From the NCBI GenBank assembly GCA_011049545.1, contig DRHQ01000083.1, positions 29,766 through 93,765 on the forward strand: 64,000 nt of DNA, in the 5' to 3' direction. Positions 58,633-64,000 of this stretch are shown here, one piece after another. The DNA comes from Candidatus Aminicenantes bacterium (GTDB lineage: Bacteria > Acidobacteriota > Aminicenantia > Aminicenantales > Aminicenantaceae). The notes below the pieces were generated by a model. The model was not told the origin of the DNA and did not search any database. It saw only the letters and a list, made by a program, of their open reading frames with translations. Within the stretch, counting starts at the first letter, position 1. Every line of letters starts with the position of its first letter. Made by a program: the position numbers and the translations under genes.

Positions 58633-61002
58633 CTACTGAGCTGTCCGAATAAAAATTGTCCGCCCATCTGAGGAGACTTCTACGGCTCCATGAACATCGG
58701 TGCGGAAGACTTTGGCTCCTATTTTTTTGTACCTTCCTAAAATTTCTTGATCTGGAAAGCCGTACCTGTTGCCCGCGCCCAGGGAGATCACAACGATTTC
58801 AGGAGATATCCTGAGGAGAAACGCTTCGGTGCTTGAAGATAGGCTTCCGTGGTGAGGAGATTTGAGCACCTGGCTTTTGATTTGCCCGGGGCTTTCTAAA
58901 ATCTTTTTTTCAGCATCCATGCCGATATCACCTGAGAGAAGAAATGAAATTTGATTATAGGAGAGTCTGAGTACAAGAGAGTGGTCATTGCTTATAGTGT
59001 AAACATAAGGCTCTCCTTTATCAGGATGAAGAACTTCGATTCTCACCTTTCTTTCATGATGGGAGTAGCCACGGAAAAGCCTTTTGCGAGAGACAGATGA
59101 AGAGAGCGATCTTGTGAATTCCGTGTATGGATCACTTTCCAAGGGACTGAAAGCTTCCCAGTATTCACCTATTTTAAAATTTCTGGCAACTGCTAGTAAG
59201 CCGTTTAGATGATCGGGATGTGCATGGGTTAAAACAAGGTAATCAATTTTTTTTATTCCTTTCTCCCAAAGGAAAGGAGAAACTACATGTTCGCCTATAT
59301 CAAAAGTTCCCCCTGGATGACCGCCTCCATCGATAAGCATTTTTTTACGGCCTGGAAATTCAACCAATATAGACTCTCCCTGTCCGACATCGATAAAAGT
59401 GAGCTTAAGGTTTTTGGAAAAAGAGGGAAAAGGATAGGATATCAGAACAGTAAAGAAGACAAGAAAAAGGAAGATAAAGACCAATTTTTGTCTCCTTATT
59501 TTGGAAGGAAGGAGCAAGAGAAGCAAAAAAAGGAAATAGCCGATTATGGTGAGGAGATGGGGTGTGGGTATTCGGTAGGAAATGAAAGAGACTTTTTCAA
59601 AGAGATGTGAACAACTGATAAGAAGGTTTATGAAAGATTCCATGCCTTTGGCAAGAAATTGGGACAGGAAAGAGCTTGCGAAGGAAAGGGGGAAGAATAT
59701 ATAACCGCCGGCCATGATCAGCCCTACCAGAGGTAACGCGACATAGTTAAGGATAAGAGAGGAGAAAGTCACCCTGTTAAAAGAGCTGGCAATAAAAGGG
59801 AGAACTCCGAGTTGGGCTGTAAGGGAGAGAACAAGGATCTCGCTGATTCTGAAGGGAAGGCGGGGGAAGTATTTAATGATCCTGGGAAAAAAGAGAATGA
59901 TGGAAAAGGTGGCAGCAAAAGTAAGCTGGAAACCTACATTAAACAGACTAAAGGGATTGAAAACAAGAAGGATAACGGCGCTGATGGAGATCGTGTTGAT
60001 GAGGTTGACATTCCTCCAGATGAGTTTCCCCAGGAGAAATGCCACAGCCATTATTGTAGCCCTCATTACAGATGGCCTGCCTTCCACCAAAAAGGCATAA
60101 AAAACAAGAAAGAAAATCACGAACAGATAAGAGAGGCGTGTGGGCACTCTCGAAAGCTTCAAAAGAGAGAAAAGAAAGAAGGAAATAATTGCAATATGAG
60201 CTCCAGAAATAGCAAAAAGATGATAAATTCCCGCCTTTTGGAGAGACTGGGTGATAGAAGGATCCATTCTTGATCTTTCACCCAAGAGGAGCGCTTCAAG
60301 AACAGCTCCCTGAGAAGAAAGTGCGCTTGTTTCAGAGGAAAAGTAATTTTCGATTTTTTGCTGTAATTTTTGGCGAATAACAGATACTAAATGTAAGGGA
60401 GAGTACTTTTTTCCGGATTCTAATCTTTCTACAAGAAGCGCGCTTTTGGAAAAAGCCCTGTTGTGTATGTTCTGGCTCTTGAGATATGCATTCATGGAAG
60501 ATGCTTTAAAGTTTCTAAAACCTCTGGAAGAAAGAAGACGGGCAGAAACCTTGATTTTATCATGGATAAAAAGGTTGAGAGAGGAGGAAGACTCTGAGGA
60601 ATGAGGCACTGTGATCCTCAGATTCCCTCTGATTTTTTCCTCCTTATTCTCGTAAAAAACTTTTTTTACTTTTATGAAGAGAACGTCCCTGTCAAGTCCA
60701 CGAGAGGGAGATTTGTATAAAGTGCCGTAAAAATCGGCATAATTTGAGAGCTTTAGCCTCTGAAGAGAATTTTCTTCGAAATTTCTGTTGGAGAGAGAAT
60801 AGAGACTTGCACCGAAAAGAAAAGTAGAGAGGAGAATTACAAGGAAAGAGTGTCTTTCTTTTCTGATGATAAAGAAGAGCCAGGCACAAGCGAGAGATGT
60901 TACCAAGGATAAGATCCAGGTTAGCAAGGAGAAGGAGAGAAAAGAAGATAGTAAAATTCCTGATGCCAGCGATAAAGCCAGGAAGAGGAACGGAAAAAGC
61001 AT
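58633..61002 (-). CDS. comEC: DNA uptake channel ComEC/Rec2
   Basis: HLFAISGAHI, PSVMRA, DVGQG, THAHPDH, HHGS, NRYGFP. Confidence 0.93.
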   Translation of the reverse strand: MLFPFLFLALSLASGILLSSFLSFSLLTWILSLVTSLACAWLFFIIRKERHSFLVILLSTFLFGASLYSLSNRNFEENSLQRLKLSNYADFYGTLYKSPSRGLDRDVLFIKVKKVFYENKEEKIRGNLRITVPHSSESSSSLNLFIHDKIKVSARLLSSRGFRNFKASSMNAYLKSQNIHNRAFSKSALLVERLESGKKYSPLHLVSVIRQKLQQKIENYFSSETSALSSQGAVLEALLLGERSRMDPSITQSLQKAGIYHLFAISGAHIAIISFFLFSLLKLSRVPTRLSYLFVIFFLVFYAFLVEGRPSVMRATIMAVAFLLGKLIWRNVNLINTISISAVILLVFNPFSLFNVGFQLTFAATFSIILFFPRIIKYFPRLPFRISEILVLSLTAQLGVLPFIASSFNRVTFSSLILNYVALPLVGLIMAGGYIFFPLSFASSFLSQFLAKGMESFINLLISCSHLFEKVSFISYRIPTPHLLTIIGYFLFLLLLLLPSKIRRQKLVFIFLFLVFFTVLISYPFPSFSKNLKLTFIDVGQGESILVEFPGRKKMLIDGGGHPGGTFDIGEHVVSPFLWEKGIKKIDYLVLTHAHPDHLNGLLAVARNFKIGEYWEAFSPLESDPYTEFTRSLSSSVSRKRLFRGYSHHERKVRIEVLHPDKGEPYVYTISNDHSLVLRLSYNQISFLLSGDIGMDAEKKILESPGQIKSQVLKSPHHGSLSSSTEAFLLRISPEIVVISLGAGNRYGFPDQEILGRYKKIGAKVFRTDVHGAVEVSSDGRTIFIRTAQ

Positions 61003-61016
61003 CGGTTTAATGAAGA

Positions 61017-62321
61017 CTAAGGTGAATATGATTCAAGATGGCCCTGACGCTCAAGACAATCCAAGAGAAGGTGGCACATAATTTTGATGCCCAGGGTTAT
61101 GCTTCCTTCATCAGGATTAAAATAAGGATTGTGAAGCGGAGCCACGGTTTCTTGTCCGGGGTTTTTAACACCCAAGAAAAAATAGAAACCTGGAATTTCC
61201 TGGCAGTAATACGAGAAATCCTCAGCTACCATCTGCGGAGCTAGCTCTTTGACGTGCTCTTCTCCCAGGACTTTCAAAAGAGTGGGGAGCATGATTTTTG
61301 CCAATTCTGGATGGTTGTATAGAGATGGGGCGCCTTTTCTATAGTTAAAAGTGTAGTCTGCTCCGAACGAATGAGTGATTCCTTTTACTATATTTTCCAT
61401 CAATTGTGGAATTTTTTCCCTGTTCCTTTCACTCAGAGTCCTAACCGTTCCCTCAAGAATAACTTTTTGAGCAATAATATTAGATCTTGTTCCTCCATTG
61501 ATCTTTCCGATAGTCAACACAGCAGGGTCAGTGGGATTGGTTGTGCGGCTGATAACAGATTGGAGACTCATCACTATATTAGAAGCCAGGGCAATGGAAT
61601 CAACTCCCTTGTGAGGCTGGGCTCCATGAGAGCTTTTTCCTTTGATGACGATTTGAAACCAGTCTGAGCTTGCCATCATATGGCCTGGGATAAAGTATGC
61701 TTTTCCTAGATCTTCAGGCCAAACGTGAAGCCCAAAAATCGCTCCAACAGAAGGCTCTTGCAGAACGCCTTCTTTTATCATCAGACTCGCCCCGCCCTCC
61801 TCGCCGGGAGGGGGCCCCTCTTCGGCAGGCTGGAAGATAAATTTGATGTTGCCTTTGATTTTGTCTCTCAGCCCAGTCAGGACCATGGCTGTGCCTAGAG
61901 CAATGGAGGTATGGATATCGTGACCGCAGGCGTGCATGACTCCTGGATTTAGCGATTTAAAAGGAACGTCCGTCAATTCCTGGATGGGTAAAGCATCCAT
62001 ATCTGCTCTTATGCCCACTGTGGCTCCTTGCTGAGAGCCGCGGAGCAAAGCCACCACACCAGTTTTAGCGATTCCTTTTTTGACTTCCAGGCCTAAGGAT
62101 ATGAGCTTAGCACCCACGAGTTTAGCCGTCTCATACTCACGATTGCTTAGTTCTGGGTTCATGTGTAAGAAGCGTCGCATTTTTATGATTTCAAGGTTAT
62201 GTTTTTGGATTTCTTTTTCTATCCGAAGTGCTGTGGTTTTATCAACTGTGATGCCTTTTAGGGGAAAAAGAAGCAGGGCAAATGAGAGCAATAAAATTTT
62301 ATACCTGAGATTCCCTTGCAT
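61017..62321 (-). CDS. M20D family amidohydrolase with signal peptide
   Basis: RADMDALP, MHACGHD, FQPAEEG, AEDF. Confidence 0.9.
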   Translation of the reverse strand: MQGNLRYKILLLSFALLLFPLKGITVDKTTALRIEKEIQKHNLEIIKMRRFLHMNPELSNREYETAKLVGAKLISLGLEVKKGIAKTGVVALLRGSQQGATVGIRADMDALPIQELTDVPFKSLNPGVMHACGHDIHTSIALGTAMVLTGLRDKIKGNIKFIFQPAEEGPPPGEEGGASLMIKEGVLQEPSVGAIFGLHVWPEDLGKAYFIPGHMMASSDWFQIVIKGKSSHGAQPHKGVDSIALASNIVMSLQSVISRTTNPTDPAVLTIGKINGGTRSNIIAQKVILEGTVRTLSERNREKIPQLMENIVKGITHSFGADYTFNYRKGAPSLYNHPELAKIMLPTLLKVLGEEHVKELAPQMVAEDFSYYCQEIPGFYFFLGVKNPGQETVAPLHNPYFNPDEGSITLGIKIMCHLLLDCLERQGHLESYSP

Positions 62322-62374
62322 GGATTTATCTTAGATTTGCTGCAGGATAAAGTCAAGAAATCATATAAGATGGC

Positions 62375-63982
62375 TCAGATGGCGATTGTTTCCTTAAAAG
62401 TGCCGTAAGCATCTTTGAGGACGGAAGATATTTCCCCGAGAGTGGCCATTGCTTTTACAGCATTCATTATATAAGGAAAAAGGTTCTTTTCAGCCTCAAG
62501 CGCCTCTCTTAATGCCTGCAACTGCTTTTTCACATGTTCTGCTGACCTTTTATCTTTTAAGAGATTGAGTTTTTTTATTTGAGCCTTTTCTAACTTTTTT
62601 GGAGGATAATAGAGCCTAAAGCGAATTTTTTCTTCCTTATTTTTGTACTCGTTAAGACCAACGATAATCTGTTCTTTGCTTTCAATTTGTTTTTGATATT
62701 TATAGGCACTTTCTTGAATTTCCTTCTGAATAAATCCTTTTTCAATAGCGGCGAGCATTCCTCCCCATTCTTCTATTTTCTGGAGATATTCCATTACTTT
62801 TTCCTCAATCTGGTTAGTCAAGCTCTCTATAAAATAAGAGGATCCTAAAGGATCTACTGTATTAGCCACTCCACTTTCGTGGGCAATGATTTGTTGTGTC
62901 CGGAGCGCTATTTGGACCGATTCCTCGCTGGGGAGAGCCAGGGCCTCGTCCCTGGAGTTTGTGTGAAGAGATTGTGTGCCTCCCAAGATTGCGGCTAGAG
63001 CTTGAAGGGTGATCCTGATGACGTTGTTTTCAGGCTGTTGGGCTAAAAGAGCCACTCCGCTTGTCTGAGTGTGGAACCTGAATTTCCAGGAGAGAGGATT
63101 TTTCGCCTTATACTTTTCTCTCATGAGCTTGGCCCATATTCGCCTTGCAGCGCGAAACTTGGCAATCTCTTCAAAGAAGTTATTATGGGATGCCAGAAAA
63201 AAAGAAAGGCGAGGGGCGAAGGTGTCCACCTCAAGGCCTGCTTTTCGAGCAGCCTCGACATAGGTGATAGCATTAGCCAAGGTGAAAGCCAGTTCCTGAA
63301 CAGCCGTAGCTCCCGCTTCTCTGATATGGTAGCCGCTGATGCTCATCGTGTTCCATTGAGGAACATTTTTTTGGCAGAAGGCAAGAATGTCTGTGATGAT
63401 TTTAAGAGAAGCATGAGGAGGGTATATATAGGTTCCTCGCGCGATATATTCTTTGAGAATATCGTTTTGGATTGTCCCTGAGAGCTTGCTCCATTCAATC
63501 CCTTTTTTTTCTGCTAAGGCCAAGTACATGGCGAGAATAATGGCTGCTGTGGAGTTGATTGTCATGGAAACGCTGACTTTATCGAGGGGAATGTGGTTGA
63601 AAAGTATTTCCATATCATCGAGGGAGTCGATAGCCACTCCTACTTTGCCCACTTCCCCACTGGCAAGAGGATGGTCCGAATCAAAACCAAGCTGGGTTGG
63701 AAGATCAAAAGCCACACTTAGTCCTGTCTGGCCTTGGGAGAGGAGAAAGCGGTATCTTCTGTTGGACTCTTCCGCTGTTCCAAAACCAGCATACTGGCGC
63801 ATAGTCCACAGCTTTCCCCTGTACATAGTTGGATAAATGCCCCGGGTAAAAGGATATTTACCGGGATCACCCAGATCCTGAGAGAAGTTGAAGTTCGTTA
63901 GATCTTTTTCGCTGTAGATATTTTTAATTTCAATCCGGGAAGGAGTTGAAAATTTATCTTTTCTTTCTTTATCTGAGGCCAT
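62375..63982 (-). CDS. Methylmalonyl-CoA mutase family, large (substrate-binding) subunit
   Basis: [35 protein letters not shown]; no B12-binding domain. Confidence 0.93.
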   Translation of the reverse strand: MASDKERKDKFSTPSRIEIKNIYSEKDLTNFNFSQDLGDPGKYPFTRGIYPTMYRGKLWTMRQYAGFGTAEESNRRYRFLLSQGQTGLSVAFDLPTQLGFDSDHPLASGEVGKVGVAIDSLDDMEILFNHIPLDKVSVSMTINSTAAIILAMYLALAEKKGIEWSKLSGTIQNDILKEYIARGTYIYPPHASLKIITDILAFCQKNVPQWNTMSISGYHIREAGATAVQELAFTLANAITYVEAARKAGLEVDTFAPRLSFFLASHNNFFEEIAKFRAARRIWAKLMREKYKAKNPLSWKFRFHTQTSGVALLAQQPENNVIRITLQALAAILGGTQSLHTNSRDEALALPSEESVQIALRTQQIIAHESGVANTVDPLGSSYFIESLTNQIEEKVMEYLQKIEEWGGMLAAIEKGFIQKEIQESAYKYQKQIESKEQIIVGLNEYKNKEEKIRFRLYYPPKKLEKAQIKKLNLLKDKRSAEHVKKQLQALREALEAEKNLFPYIMNAVKAMATLGEISSVLKDAYGTFKETIAI

Positions 63983-64000
63983 AATCCGCTCAGACTTCTA

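Overview
Bacterial chromosomal window. The V/A-type ATPase, lipid A genes and SnoaL-type lipoprotein families suggest an Acidobacteriota/Aminicenantes-like organism, but this is tentative. The left part (1-19.8 kb) and right part (35.7-64 kb) are mostly housekeeping: V-ATPase A/B/D, NamZ plus a secreted MurQ/GCKR-like protein, tatAC, S41 protease, rpiB-glyA, purDE-mtaB-mpg, mutL, a pilBTC-pilSR-pilA type IV pilus locus with a sigma54 promoter, gmhA, aspC-pckA, rph, lpxL/lpxK, comEC and methylmalonyl-CoA mutase. Several families of short palindromic/MITE-like repeats are scattered between these genes. Downstream of tRNA-Pro/tRNA-Arg lies an integrase-free accessory island (~20.1-35.3 kb) of unrelated, often AT-rich, nuclease/defence-like genes. 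Its intergenic DNA is built from recurring recombination parts: six clear plus one degenerate co-oriented 28-bp dif-like (XerC/D) sites separating gene modules, two orphan tRNA-Asn 3' fragments and a chimeric tRNA-Arg/Pro fragment, a recurring 32-bp hairpin, shared promoters, and one solitary integron cassette (NYN gene with attC). The best candidate for an undescribed system is a chromosomal array of dif-bounded gene cassettes that may be mobilised by host XerCD.
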